Notes: generated by a model not told the origin, from the sequence alone. A stretch of DNA of 64,000 bases from Octopus sinensis (GCF_006345805.1 NC_042998.1:73966001-74030000); one strand, 5' to 3'. Numbered from the stretch's first letter, positions 1 to 14,207 are shown. A program made the numbers and translations.

Positions 1-377
1 TTTGAAAGGACGAGACTAGATATTACTTTTCCAATAGAATGTCTCTAAGAAAGATAATAATTCACTGATGTTTTCTCTGGATGCTGCAGATTACAAGATC
101 AATGTTCTTGTCACAAACTTCTCGCTACTCACTATATTTCTTATCACAGTGAAAAATTTAGAAACTTTTTGTTTTTTCTTCATTCATATCAAAGTTTTGT
201 GTCCATATGTCTGTGTCTATAAATACTGCCTCACACTTCCCCTATGTATAAGTGTTCTCTCTCTTATCTACGTGTTCTACATACACTCTCATTCTCTCCC
301 TCTACAGATATAATCTATAAGTGCCAATGCACAAAACTCTCAGCTCTTGAATCAGTTTGTAACTTCTGCTGGTTTAA

Positions 378-493
<116 letters not shown>

Positions 494-744
494 TGTACAA
501 TGCGTGTTTATATACTTCTAGCCTGCAATACACATTGACAGTTGCTTTCCTGAATCGTGATACCCGAAGCCAGGTTAAGATGATGATATATATATACTCT
601 CTTGCTCTCCTGATAAACGTAGGTATGTCTCAGTCGAAATAGTAAAATAATGTAATTTTGAAACACTTTTAAAGTAACGACTTTAAAAATGGTGTGACTC
701 TACGAAGAAGTGATATGACTCTACGAGGAAGTGATGTAAATCTA

Positions 745-962
745 CGAGCAGGTGCTGAAAAGTTCCTAGCTTTAAGGGTGTCGCGAAAGGCCTTGTTGGA
801 GGCACAAACTTCTGAGATCTTTTACAGGGCTTTGAAAAACTGTAGAATTGCTACAATAAGTGTGCGAATCTGAGGAAGAGAATTTAGTGAATAAAAATCA
901 TAATTAACTGATCCTCCTGTATTTTCTTTCATCTAAAGGTGGGAACTTTTCAGCACCCCTCG
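745..962 (+). mobile_element. mariner-derived MITE
   Basis: TIRs cgagcaggtgctgaaaagttcc / ggaacttttcagcacccctcg, flanked by TA (743-744, 963-964). A related copy is at 19672-19892. The interior resembles the last codons of a mariner transposase. Confidence 0.85.
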
Positions 963-1250
963 TACACTAAGAGAAGTGTCAAATTTACTGTGACGTACCA
1001 GTCAACTTGACGTGTCCGTATCTATTATGTTTTTATGATGTCTATATCCACTCAGTCACTCAATCCCATCAAAGCCCAAAACAATCCTGTTTCCTTATGG
1101 AAAACCATTCTGAAATTAATCAATAAGTTATGTCCTCCTCTGAAAACCTAAGAGAGTGTGTCTCCTTTGAAAACCTAGGAGAATGTATCTCACTGAAATT
1201 TACCCCAACGCAGAGGTATATTTCAACGAGGTACACACACCACACACACA

Positions 1251-1317
<67 letters not shown>

Positions 1318-1829
1318 TCTCTCTTGCTCATACTAGTAGTGAATCTTAATCATTTTGCTGATGAAATATGAACTGTATATGTTTGACCTCATGGTATACC
1401 TTGGTCGTGGACGATCAGAAGAAATATGTGAAAAACTTGGAATATATATAGAAAAGCTTTGATTTGATGATGACATTCTTAAAGAAAAAAGAAACAAAGA
1501 CTAACCAAAATAAATATTCCTGGATACAAGCTGTCTCTATTGATATCTCTGTTAACAGCCTGATTATTTCTACGATATCCAACAAGGAATACCTCAGGTA
1601 TTTAGAGATAGACGAGAATATATTCTATGGTGGATCTTGTAACTAAGAACACGTAACGAGGGAATATTACCCTCGGATGAAAATGCCTGGTCCTCAGAAT
1701 CCTTTCCATGCGCAAATCAGTGATCCAAGATGTTTGTTGTTCCTATATTCATACAGACATTTGCGCTACTCGATAAAGTATATTTATATATTCCAGCACA
1801 TGGAATATAGGCGAAACATTTACATTAAA

Positions 1830-2078
1830 CAATTGCAGCGAGGAAGGTGTTTGTAAGCCATTTAAGAAACACACAAAAGCACGGATTTTTGTCAGTGAAC
1901 AGGTCGCGGTCTTAAAGCGACGAAAATATTTTGACAAATTAAACTTAAATGTTGAAGTGAATCGAACGGCTTTTGTGTGTTTCTTAAATGGCTTACAAAC
2001 ACCTTCCTCGCTGCAATTATTTTCGTTTCAGCACACGATCTCAGATCAAATCACTTGCTATGCAAGTACATCTCCGTA
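1830..2078 (-). mobile_element. interspersed repeat with terminal inverted duplication
   Basis: Homologous to 49096-49300 in the opposite orientation. Bounded by the 12-bp direct repeat atttacattaaa (1818-1829, 2079-2090). Contains a perfect 50-bp inverted repeat (1831-1880 / 1969-2018). Confidence 0.75.
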
Positions 2079-3982
2079 ATTTACATTAAAACTTTTACTA
2101 AATACAAACACAAGTTCCGGGTCGTTGATGATAAAGCTGAAGAACTATTAACAACTATTAATCAATTTTTACCTAAAATAAAAACAAGGCGACAAAGAGT
2201 TAACTTCAGTTCAAAGAGCTATTGAATGTCGCATCATATTCATTCGGCAGCAACTATTAACCACGTAACACCGAAATGCAATCATAAACAAGGCAAATAA
2301 AATCACGAGAGTTGGAAAGAATGTACTCGGTTAGTATTCTCTCGTTGAGAACCCTATAACACACATCCGGGATTTTTGTACAATTTTTATGTAGTATGAC
2401 ATCAGATGAAGGATTTTCTACATATCAACAGAAGACAGTGCGTCGCTGTGTTGCCAGAATGCTTCAAAGTTATACCAAAAAGCAGTGACATGCTTGCGTA
2501 CACACACATACGCGTGCAGATTCATACATTCGTATATACATACATACATACATACATACATACATACATACATACATACATACATACATACATACATACA
2601 TACACGCATATCTGTCAGAAAAATAGATGATATTTCTCTGGTCTGCAAAAGAAAACCGTTCCATAGATATTTCCATAGATATTAAAACCCCCAAGATCCT
2701 ATTTTCAATTGGAAGCTTCCACATGAATAGTGGTGTTGACAGGCTGTATCTCAGAATAAAATACAGAAAAATTAGGAACAAAATCAATTCGGACAGCTTT
2801 GATATCGTATGATATCAGTAATATGGTATGATATCTCTCAGATATTATCTGTCAAGCAACGGCAACAAAATACAAATACCTCAACAAATAAACGCTTCAA
2901 AGTGAATAAAACAACTCACAGACCGGTGGGGAATTGATCAAGAAAAAAATCACTTCATGATAACATGCTATGTGCTTTTGGGCAAACAAAGACAAGGAGA
3001 AGAAACATTCTGTATGCCGACAAAAGGTGATGCATGACCACATTGAGAACGGTGCCAGTATTGCCTAGAAGAATAGCTTGTCTTGGAATCATGACACGGT
3101 TCATGGCTCTTCGAATGTTTACACTTTCGCCAACCAAGATGAAGAGATGGATGCTAAAATACCAGTTGAACATACAGACGGTGAAGTTCTTGAACTGCTA
3201 AGATGCGACTGAAACTGTAAAGTATATGAACATTATGCATGAGAACTTGAGTTGTTCACTTATGTAGACATATGAAGTATGTCATTATTGCTAAAACAAA
3301 ATACAATGTATTCCGTAGAAGGGACCGCCATCGAGAGGGTAAGTCGATTTTGCCCTTGTGCCAAGATTTGAAACCAATATTACTCCTGATAGTGACTGTA
3401 TTTCTTGTATTCTATCATGGGGTATACTAGTGGGACATCATCATAAAAACGTACGCTTCATACAGTCACATCATTACTAACGTAACTGTTTGGGACGTAA
3501 ATATAAGCCATATACTGTTTTGGAAAACAGTCTAATAGAAATCAATCAATACTCTTATAGGAGTCTAACTACTGTTGGAGGGGCCAGCACCCCAGTAGAA
3601 GACAACATTTCATGCAAAATTACGGAAAACCGAACATTTATTCAATCGTCTCTATCAAGATTGTACATGTACATTTGTACCTATAATTACTGGTGCACAG
3701 TGTCCATGTATTAATTCCATGTATTAATTCGGAAAAGTTGGGTGTTTCTGACAGAAAAGGAATGAGAGATCCTCTAACTTAGAATCTGCAAATTCACTCA
3801 GTAACCGGATTAGTGAAAATAAACTCGACTTATTTTAAAATTCAAGATGTAACTCAATATTTTGTTGGCATCCGAAATTCCAATAATAGAGCTTTGTTCG
3901 TTACAAACCAGCTGCTTAATTATAGGAAGTACTCAAGGAGATAAAAAATGATACATACAGATACACACCCACATATATAATA

Positions 3983-4059
<77 letters not shown>

Positions 4060-4071
4060 CCCTCATAAATG

Positions 4072-4113
<42 letters not shown>

Positions 4114-4581
4114 AAGTATGAATTGAGATAACCATGCCGCTTTCACAGTAAGCTCCCCATTCAGAGTCGGCTATCAGTTTACGTAGAAATTAATTACCAT
4201 GTAATGTGATGTAATATGTTCGTGTAACTGAAAATCCAGGAAATCCAAACAATATTTTTTTTCTGCGAGGTATAAATAAAGCATAAGTCAGACGGTAGTA
4301 ACTGACGATAGGTTTATTTTTTTCCTTATCATTTGTATATAATTATAGCTGTTTTATAACTGTCTTCATATGGTGTTACTAACTCCAGTGTGCAAAATTA
4401 TACGCACATATTTTTATTAATATGCTCAACATTGTAGAATGGAATTGGATATTCACAAATTCATATGCTATGATGTTCTGGTGATCTGATGAGCAAGCTT
4501 TCTTTATTTGCATTAATTTATGATTACACAATTCTATTATATAATACTATACACAGACATTGATGCAAACATGTACGTATG

Positions 4582-4800
4582 ATTACCCTGCGCGCATAAG
4601 CGAAAGCAGGGTATTGTAATCATTCGTTTTTGTTTGTTTGTCTGTGTGCTTGCAAAATACTGGAAAACAGCTGAACAAATTTCACCAAATTTGGCAGAAA
4701 TACCCATCAGATAGGTGGCTCGAAATGATTAAAATTTGGTTTGATTATTTTGAAAACTGGCAGACAGGTAAATCAAAATGTTTTGACTGTGCAGATTTTT
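4582..4800 (+). mobile_element. Helentron/DINE-like non-autonomous fragment
   Basis: 5' hairpin taccctgc (4584-4591) / gcagggta (4606-4613), then gtttgtttgtctgt and the aaatttcaccaaatttgg motif typical of HINE/DINE-like elements. Confidence 0.5.
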
Positions 4801-4959
4801 TGCGAAAGAATTCATGTGCACACAGAGAATGCATCGTTTAGGCATGTTCTCAGCACAATAATATATTACTAGCACATAAAAGCATGTATTATGTCAATTA
4901 AATCCTATCTATCTCTCACCAGATGGATTACTTTTTGGTTGATCTTATCTTCACGGAAC

Positions 4960-5131
4960 AGTACTAGCCACTACACACATTTTTTTCTCTCCTTGTTTTT
5001 TCTGTGTACCTTTTTGTAGAAGAGCGTAGGCTCGAAACGTTAAAGACTTTTTCAATTCCTGAGCATTATACTAATACATCTGTTTGTTTTGTACACCACC
5101 TGTCTTCGTCTTTTGTTTTTTCGTAAACTTT

Positions 5132-5133
<2 letters not shown>
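4960..5133 (+). mobile_element. PLE-terminal-like repeat with degenerate hammerhead motif
   Basis: Homologous to 25745-25933 (-). Contains gagc-gtag-gctc gaaacgt. Confidence 0.55.
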
Positions 5134-5173
<40 letters not shown>

Positions 5174-6188
5174 TTTGATTCGACCCTCGTCCATGTGTAT
5201 GGATCATGGTATGCCTTTGCACGTAAATACGTGTGAGTGCATACATACATACATACATACATACATACATACATACATACTTAGTGTGCATGTGTGTCTG
5301 CGTCTGTGTGTCTGTGTGTGTGTCTGTGTGTGTCTGCGCGCACGTGCGTGCGTGTGTGTGTGTATGTGTCCAGTAATGGATTCGAGGATTTCGTTTATTT
5401 TCGAGTAGATTTCTTAATTTCACCGGTGTATAAATACCTATAATGGTGATACTTAAAAGAAAGAAAGAATTTTTTGTTTTTTAAATCAAACTTACGTATT
5501 TCCCGATAAGCAAGTGGTCATATTATTTATATCCTACAACGAACTACAGTACGTTTGATTCACCTGCCATCGTTGAAGGACGTTGAAAATACTTCTCAAA
5601 TTCTATGCAAAATTTTCTATAAGTATTTCATTTTGTTCGCTTTCTTTTTCATAATCATGATTATCATTTGAACAATCATTTATTTAGTCATTTGTAAATT
5701 TAACTCATATGGGTTTGACGTAGACATCGATCAAGTCTACTTTTAGTTGTCACCTTCTTAGGCTTCTAATCCTCTTTTAGTCCAACACTTACAAAGCTTA
5801 ATTCAGTTCAATTAAAAAGCATGGGTAAGCAATGCATTGTAAACTACACTATAATTTGCGAAAAAATTATCTGCGTGCAGGATATGCATCGCCCCCCCCC
5901 CGATGCCTTTTTGATATTTTTGTTTTTCATTTTGCATATTGAAATTAATAATTCTACATGAAGAAAGTTACGAAACGGCTGTAATCATATGGAAAAGTAA
6001 TTTTATCTTCACCTCTCGCACCTTTTCACTTATACTATTATTTACAAACAAACAAATATACATACATACATACATACATACATACATACATACATACATA
6101 CATACATACATGATGCATGCATGCATGCATACATACATACATACATACATACATACATACATACATGCATACATACATGCATACATAC

Positions 6189-6219
<31 letters not shown>

Positions 6220-7409
6220 GTCAGATTCCTGTTACTCTGAGACACAGAAACTTCAGGCCTCAGCCATGGTTCAGAGTACTCTATTTTTCCCAACAGACAA
6301 CACTAAACAGACATATGTATATGAATGTATGTATACATGAATGTATGTATTATCTGGTATTGTTCATCGACTTGTAGGTAACAACAAAACGTTTATTTAT
6401 GGTGTGACCCTTAATATTGTAGAGTTATTTATTGATAATTCATTTATGGAATCGACAGGGATTTTAGAGCTTATTCAACCACGTGGAAGAAGCCGTCAAA
6501 AGTTAAACTTGAAATCCTAGTCAAATCAATGATGCACACACACACGCGCGCTCGCGCGCGCACACATACACAAATACGTACATACATACATACATATTAC
6601 ATATAATATACAATATTATCTACACACACACACACCACACACACACAACACACACTATATAATATATATATATATATATCTAATATATGTGTGTTGTGGT
6701 GTGTATATATATATCTATATAATATATAATATTATATATATATATATATATATGCATGCATATAACCAAACTGTGCAGAAGTATCTAAGCGTCGGCACAA
6801 TCCTATTATATGTGACGTGTGGGCAAATAAACAGACGTACGCCAAGGTCGATATTTCTGTAAAGATCATGGACAATGCTATAAAAAAAATCAATCTTTAG
6901 CCTGTCAGTTAATTTGCCCATAAAGTGTCATTAACTCAAACATGAAATGCGTTGTTACAAAATTTTGTGGTCCCTCTGGAAATACGTCCTGCTCTTCAAC
7001 GTCGCTAAATCATAGCTATGTTAATATGCAACAGCTCGCAAATCTGTTTGTCTAAATTTCTTGCCAATATATATATATTTGGGTAGTGATTGCGTGCGGT
7101 AGTGATTCTTATCGCTGTGTGCGATATAATAACTAACTGAGGGAAATAAGTGTTCCGTTTTCAGGAAGTTATTTCGCTTGTAGACAAAACAATATCGTTG
7201 GCAAATAAAAATTCTAACCGCCATTGTAAAAACACGACCAAATATTGATATTATATCAATCAAAGATGTAGTTGTATTTTACATTTATTGCTAATATTGT
7301 TTACAGTATTCTTTAATCGAAAGCATAAAGACATCTGGTGAAAAAATAACTGATGCATCAAAATACACATACAAACACACACATACATACGTTGTATATA
7401 TATATATAT

Positions 7410-7797
7410 ATTATATATATATAATACACGGCAGTTGTCTGTGCGTGTTGTGTGTGTTCTGTTTGCTTGTAACACTCACCCTGACCACGGCTTTCAACCG
7501 ATTTCTTGATGACCAAAACTTGACACACACATAGCCAATGTCATTTCAAAACTAACGCAGCGAAAAAATTTGAAAAGTTCCCCCAGTTCTGAACAAAATC
7601 GATAAATTCGACATGGGGTCGACAATCAGAAACACAAACCGCAAAATGTCTAGGGGACGCAACTCCACCTTTTTAACTAAAAAAAATTTACCATCATTTT
7701 TTTCCATTTTTTTGCTATTTTTTGGCTATAACTCTCTAAAAATGCTTTATAGTTATTTCCCTTACAAATCTGAGCAACGCCGGGCGATACTGCTAGT
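7410..7797 (-). mobile_element. Helentron/Lep1-like non-autonomous element
   Basis: Shares the terminus actagcagtatcgcccggcgttgctc...gtaagggaaataactata with 47398 and 50994. The interior differs; ends with cagacaact...tatatata. Confidence 0.65.
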
Positions 7798-8460
7798 ATA
7801 TATATAATTTCTTCGAGTTGTTTTTTTTTTCATTTTTTAATATATTCTCTATTGATTATACTGATTACTCTAAATTATAAATGTTCTCTACTCTTTTGTA
7901 TCGGGCTATGTTTTATGTATTCAGAAGTCAAAGTAGAAAAATTGCTGTGCTGATGACGCTTATTGAGAGAGATACATAAAACCGTCCTTATCCTGTTGTT
8001 TCCAGAAAAAGGAAAAAAACACAACACAATCAGTTTCTTAATGGATGACAGTTTTGGAGAATTCCTGATTCCTGAAATTATCTTACTTCCTCATTTAGAG
8101 TCGATCACAATATCTATCAGGTGGTTTGTTTACAGTCTTTCGAAGTGGTTATAGTTTCAAAAAATGGAATTTATCTTGCATGATGTATGTAAAATAGGTA
8201 AATATATAACAATGTATGCAATGTTATAATCCATACTTGTACTGTCTTTTGGCTAACACTTCCGTTTATGGTAAACTATACGAGTCACCGAGAGAAATAG
8301 CCTCTACATAATGACTGGATATGTTAGCAATAACAACCGAATTCCCTTCACCCTACACCCTATAATTTAAATTGGATAATATAGTTGTAAAAGAATATAT
8401 TTGAAGGAAATGTACAGTATTAGGTGCAGGCGTGGCTATATCGGCGCAGGCATGGCTATA

Positions 8461-8880
8461 TAGGAGCAGTTGTAGCTGTGTGGGTGCTTCCCAACCACAT
8501 GGTTCTGGTTTCAGTCGTACTGCGTGTCACCTTCGGCTAATATCTTCTACTATAGCCTCGGGCCGACCAATTCCTTGTGAGTAGATACGGCTGACGGAAG
8601 CTGAAAGAAACCCGTTAAGTGTGTGTGTGTGTGTGTGTGTGTGTAGATGTATCTATATATGTGTGTCTTTGTATGTGTTTGTCCCCCACCACTGCTTGAC
8701 GACTGGTGTGTTTAGGTACCCGTAACTTAGCAGTTCGACAAAAGAAAGAGACCGATAGAATTAAGGACAAGGTGCAAAAAAAAATAAGTCCTGCTGTCAA
8801 TTTGTTTGACTAAAACCCTTCAAGGCGGTGCCCCAGCATGGCCGCAGTCAAATGACTGAAACAAATAAAAGATAAAAGAT
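8461..8880 (+). mobile_element. tRNA-derived SINE, family A (octopus OK-like)
   Basis: Head ...caaccacatggttctggtttcagtc, internal GT microsatellite, tail ccagcatggccgcagtcaaatgactgaaac. Nine copies in the window. Confidence 0.9.
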
Positions 8881-10085
8881 ATTGTGGTTCTAGATAGAAG
8901 ATTTTTAATGATGCTTCATCTGGAGTTAAAAGAAATAACGGCATCAGCCGAGACCTTTAAACATACATATATTCTAATGATTACTCTTCGTTTTCTTCTC
9001 TATCGTCTCCATAGCTGAACTTCTTCAGACGCTAACCATAGATTCTACGTAAGAAATGTACATACATATAAACTTCTTATTGCACGTATATATACATATA
9101 TACACATATCAGTGCAACTGGTGTTTTATTGCCCTTTATACGGAGTCCAAACATCTTTTCGTGCATATATACGAACAATAGAAGAAAAAAAAATCTGCTT
9201 ATTTTGAAAAGCTTTCGAATTGACGAAAGAAACGATTTATATATGAACTGGGAAATAATTATGTTTCTTTGGAAACCTGTGATCTTTATGTTGAGGTTTA
9301 CCAAATGTATATTTTAAAGGTTAAGTTAGAAACATAGACAATCAGACAGAAGCAGAATTCTCGATTAAACTGGTATAAAAACGTTTCGTGAGCAGAACTT
9401 CTCTGCATGTGGCACTCTTAAACAGTTTAAATCTCTTGGGAATTAATAATGGTTTCGTTGCTTTTTGTCTGCCTTTCTATAAGTGTGTGGGTTTGTGTGT
9501 GGGCGATTGTGCAGCTCTCCTTTTCTACACATTATTTGTTATTAATAGTAAAAGTGTTACTGCACACAGCAATGTAGGTGAAGTATGAAGAAAAGTTAAC
9601 TGCGTTGAAACCAAATGGAATTAAGTACATCAGTTTCACCAGTAAGAAGAGAAATTGTATTTTGTTTAGGTCACAACCTCCAATTGTATTTGTGTCAGAA
9701 TTTGATAAAAATAACACACCAATTCATGTAATATACAAACATTTCTGAGAAGATTGTGGTTTCACAGTACATTACTTAAAATATATAAACACTGAAACTA
9801 ACATTACTATACTAATGCAGTACCGCAATATTACTATATTACACAGTACCACTACAACATTGTAATACGCACAACACCCCTACAGTACACTACAGCTTTT
9901 ATTGCATAACGCTTCATTACTAAAACCACGCTTAAAACTACTCACTAATGTACTAGGTACTACACTACTGCAACACTACGCGGCTACACTGCTATACTAT
10001 GTACTATATCATTTCACCACTATACCGCTGTATCACACCGTTGTACCCCGCGGTAGCTTTGTCCTTTTAATATGTAAACCAATAT

Positions 10086-10305
10086 AAGGCGGCGAGTCGG
10101 CAGAATCGGTAGCACGCCGGGCGAAGTGCTTAGTGGAATTTCGTCCGTCTTCAAGTCCTCAGTTCAAATTTCGCCGAGTTTGACTCTGCCTTTCATTCTT
10201 TCGGAGATCGATAAAATAAGTACCAGTTGAACCCTAGGGTCGATGTAATCGATTCCCCGCCTCCCCAGACTTACTGGCCATGTGCAAAAATGTGAAACCA
10301 GTATG
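10086..10305 (+). mobile_element. tRNA-derived SINE, family B (aaggcggcgag head)
   Basis: Head aaggcggcgagtcggcagaatcggtagcacgccgggcg, B-box agttcaaatt, body gcctttcattctttcggagatcgataaaataagtaccag. Six or more copies in the window. Confidence 0.88.
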
Positions 10306-10940
10306 TAATTCACTGCACTCTATGGTTGAAAAAAGAAAAAAGGCGGCGTGGTCATGGCTGAAATGTCTTTGAGCATATGTCTGCTGGATGAGAGCAGACC
10401 TGGGGCTAAACATAACCTAATACCACAACTTGTCAACCGCTATTAATCAGACTAACACCTTGTTACTCTTTCATTTCTAAACACATTGCCACCTCCACCT
10501 AAACTGCATCAACCACTGCTAACACCAATACCACCTCCACAACCACCACCACCACCAAGAAAACAACCACACCAACGCCACCACCTGTACTACCACCACC
10601 TACCAAAATTTATATTTATATATTTTCAATAATTTAAAAAAAAAATACCTGCTCTAATTAGTTTGGTTTGTGTGACTAATATAACTGCAGCATGATGCAT
10701 TCTGGGATAGCGTGCAACTGTGTGGGACGGGGTAATTGCAGAGGTGCGCACAGGTGACTAATATATCTGCATTGTGCTGCATCTTGGGATAGCGTGTCAC
10801 AGTGTGGGTGTGGGTAAGTAAAAGTAAATTATGTGTGTATATATATTTATATATAAATGTATATGGGTACGTCTATGTATATTTTTATACATACATTTAT
10901 GAGTGCCTCTATGCATATATTAATGAATATATATGTGTGC

Positions 10941-10995
<55 letters not shown>

Positions 10996-11090
10996 CATAC
11001 ATACATACATACATACATACATACATACATACACACATACATACGTACACATACATATATATACTCATACAACGTTTTTACTTCATATTT

Positions 11091-11139
<49 letters not shown>

Positions 11140-11173
11140 ATATATTATATATATATTATATATATATATATAC

Positions 11174-11216
<43 letters not shown>

Positions 11217-11285
11217 GTATATATATATATCTATGTATATATCTATGTATGTATGTATTATGTCTGTATGTATGTTTGTATATAT

Positions 11286-11441
11286 GCAGGAGTGGCTATG
11301 TGGTAGTAGCTTGCTTACCAACCACATGGTTCCGGGTTCAGTCCCTTGGGTACGTGTCTTCTACTATAACCTCGGGCCGACGAAAGCCTTATGAGTGGAT
11401 TTGGTAGACAGAAACTAAAAGAAACCCGTCGTGTATGTGTA

Positions 11442-11500
<59 letters not shown>

Positions 11501-11690
11501 GAGTGTGTGCGTGTGTGTGTGTGTGTTTGTGTGTCTATGTTTATCCCCCCTCAACTTCGCCTGACAACCGACTAATAGAATAAATACTAGGTTTACAAAG
11601 AGTAAGTCTTGGGGTCGATTTGCTCGACTAAAGTGGTGCTCCAGCATGGCCGCAGTCAAACGACTGAAGCAAGTAAAAGAATAAAAGAAT
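11286..11690 (+). mobile_element. SINE family A
   Basis: Full-length match to the family A head, microsatellite and tail. Confidence 0.92.
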
Positions 11691-12548
11691 AATTTGTGTG
11701 TGTTTATAATGTATGTAGAAGCATGCACCTGTATTTCGTGTGAGTCTATGTGTGTATACGCGCACGCGCACCGCACACACACACACACATGCATTATAGT
11801 CTTTCTTTGAATATGTCATCTGTCTGTACATTGAGTGAGTGATGTGCGCATGTGTATTTGTGTCCGAACGGATGAGAGCAGCAAGATTTACGTCTATGTA
11901 TGTATGTATAAATACTGTGCGTGTGTGAATGCAGTTTTATGCATGCGTGTGAGCATAAATGTGTGTTTTTGTGTTAGAAGAGGTAGGGGGTGGTATGTGT
12001 AGAGAGCGGTAAATGTTTGCGTACGTGTGTGCAAAAGTGTGTTTGTGCGTGTTCTGAAGGAAGACAAAAAGGAAAGATAGAAAAGATTAAAGAAAGACAG
12101 AAAGCAATATATGTGTGTGTATATATTTGCATATCTTTGTGTGTGCGCGCGCTCACGTGATGGGAGAGTCGTAAGTCTGTGCCTTAATACCACATGATCA
12201 TTAACCTTAAGTTATTCTTAAAATTAGTTTTTGCTGTCAATTTCGAACAATGAGTTTATTTAAGGAAACTTAGCTAGATATGGGAGGAGTTCCGTTTTTG
12301 CTGTCAGCTAAAAGAATTTCCGTCAAACAAGAGACTGAAAGATCAAATATTTGGTGCATCATTGACATGCAAAGTTACGCTTTCAAATGTGCAGAACCTT
12401 CTCTGAATTGGAACTTTATTCATCGCACCGGAAGTTGCATTAAGGAATTGGTGATTGTATTCTTCTCTTTACATGAGGCTACAACGACTAGTATTTATAT
12501 TCAATGTTACTTAGCGTAACAGCAATCTACATATCTTTTCTATGCTAG

Positions 12549-12668
12549 CAACAGACGCATTTCAGATAGATTGCAAATTTAATGAATGGCATGCCAATAA
12601 CGGTGCCCCGACAGAAACATATGATACGCATTGCAGCCGGTGCTTCAATATAATATTGGCTGTGGGCG
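12549..12668 (+). CDS. candidate internal exon (120 nt, phase 1-1), unknown protein
   Basis: Acceptor atatcttttctatgctag, donor ggcg|gtgagg, open frame ATDAFQIDCKFNEWHANNGAPTETYDTHCSRCFNIILAVG. No homology recognised. Confidence 0.25.
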
Positions 12669-13069
12669 GTGAGGGTGTTATTTGTTTCATATTTCATCGA
12701 AGTCATTTCAATAGTGATTTATTTGATGCTCTGTGAAGCGACTACATACTGTTAATAAATTATGTTACGTAGTTTTTGAAGTTGTTTGATAAGTTTGTGA
12801 TGAGAACCATAGAACAGAGGGTAGAATGCGAGCGTGTTTACTCTGAAGCACTGTTACGATTCTCGGTAGAAATTGTTTCGTTTCCCTTAATTAACCCTGC
12901 TGTTTTTTTGAGGACGTAAATGTTACAGTTGTACAATTACCCAAATGTCGAAAGTCAGGGGTTTCGTTCCTGGTCCGAAGAACTCGTTATATTTATCTGA
13001 TATACAAAAACTTGTTGATTTCATGAACTTTTAGCTCACAACCTCGGCTCTCACTGAGTGGTGGTGACG

Positions 13070-13320
13070 GTAGAGACAGTGGTAATAGCGATGGTGGTGG
13101 TGGTAGTGGTCGTCGTGGTGGTCGTGGTGGTCGTGGTGGTCGTGGTGGTGTAGTGGTGGTCGTAGTGGTGGTCGTAGTGAAGATGGTGATGATAGTAGTG
13201 ATGATGATGATGATGATGATGTGATGATGATGATGATGATGATGATGGTGATGGTGATGATAGTGATGGTGATGATGGTAATGGTGATGATGATGACGAT
13301 GCCAGTGGTAATTAATGGTG
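13070..13320. repeat. (TGG)/(TGA)/(TCG) compound trinucleotide repeat
   Basis: Visible triplet array. Confidence 0.9.
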
Positions 13321-13699
13321 TTGATAATGCGGTTATCTGAAGTAGTGAGATTAGGCGCGTGACACTTACAGAAATCCTTTGCTTGTGTTCCCGCTGTGCA
13401 GTGGTGTGTATATGTATATTTTTGTATGATGATGGAATCGGTTGCCTAAGTTCGTGTGAACCCAAGAGTCTACATTAAAAACTAATAAGAAGTCATGAAG
13501 ATACTAAATAAACGGTAACATCTAAGGCGTAGTGGCGTTTCAATCGTACGCACACATACACAACTCTGCATGTGTGTGTGTGTGTGTGTGAATGTGTATC
13601 TGTGTGTATGAATCTATGTGTATGTGTGTGTGCCTGTGTGTATGTCTGTGTGCGCCTGTGTATGTGTGTATGTCTGTGTGCGTGAGTGAGTGGAAGTGT

Positions 13700-13736
<37 letters not shown>

Positions 13737-14134
13737 GTGTGTGTGTGTGTGTGTGCGTGTGTGTGTGTGTGTAGGAACGAGAATACTATGAGTGAGTAAA
13801 AAAACTGAATGCCACCAGAACTCAGTTTTGGAGAACCGAGATCGCGATCCACTTAAAGCTTGCTGTGAAAATCACTTTCTCCATCTTAAGTCACTATCAT
13901 CTTCTGGAAGGGCATGAATGCCATAACCTCATTACTCTCTACTATAGAAAACTTCTAATTATGCCTATATTAATATCAGGAACAATTATGCGTGTAGCTG
14001 TTGTTGTTGTGGTAGTTGCTTAAGATACGCATCCACCACCCCCACACCCCACGCACGATACAAGTTCTAAACACAACCCAACTATGACCCTCGCGTCTTA
14101 TTTTCGGGAGTAGTCTACTTCTCACTATGTTATA

Positions 14135-14207
14135 CAGCGTGTCCCACAAGTAAAGTTAAGGAAGTTATTAAAAATTGAAACCCAGCAATGATTTTTGAGA
14201 CACCCTG
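14135..14207. mobile_element. 73-bp minimal Tc1/mariner MITE
   Basis: Ends cagcgtgtccc / gagacaccctg, each flanked by TA. Confidence 0.5.

Noticed and set aside
692-747. 21-bp period reiteration (ctacga) leading into the mariner MITE terminus
   Set aside because: Short and degenerate; the overlap with the TIR start may be coincidental.
1380-1700. Possible very old RTE 3' remnant
   Set aside because: Only faint motif similarity; too decayed to support a call.
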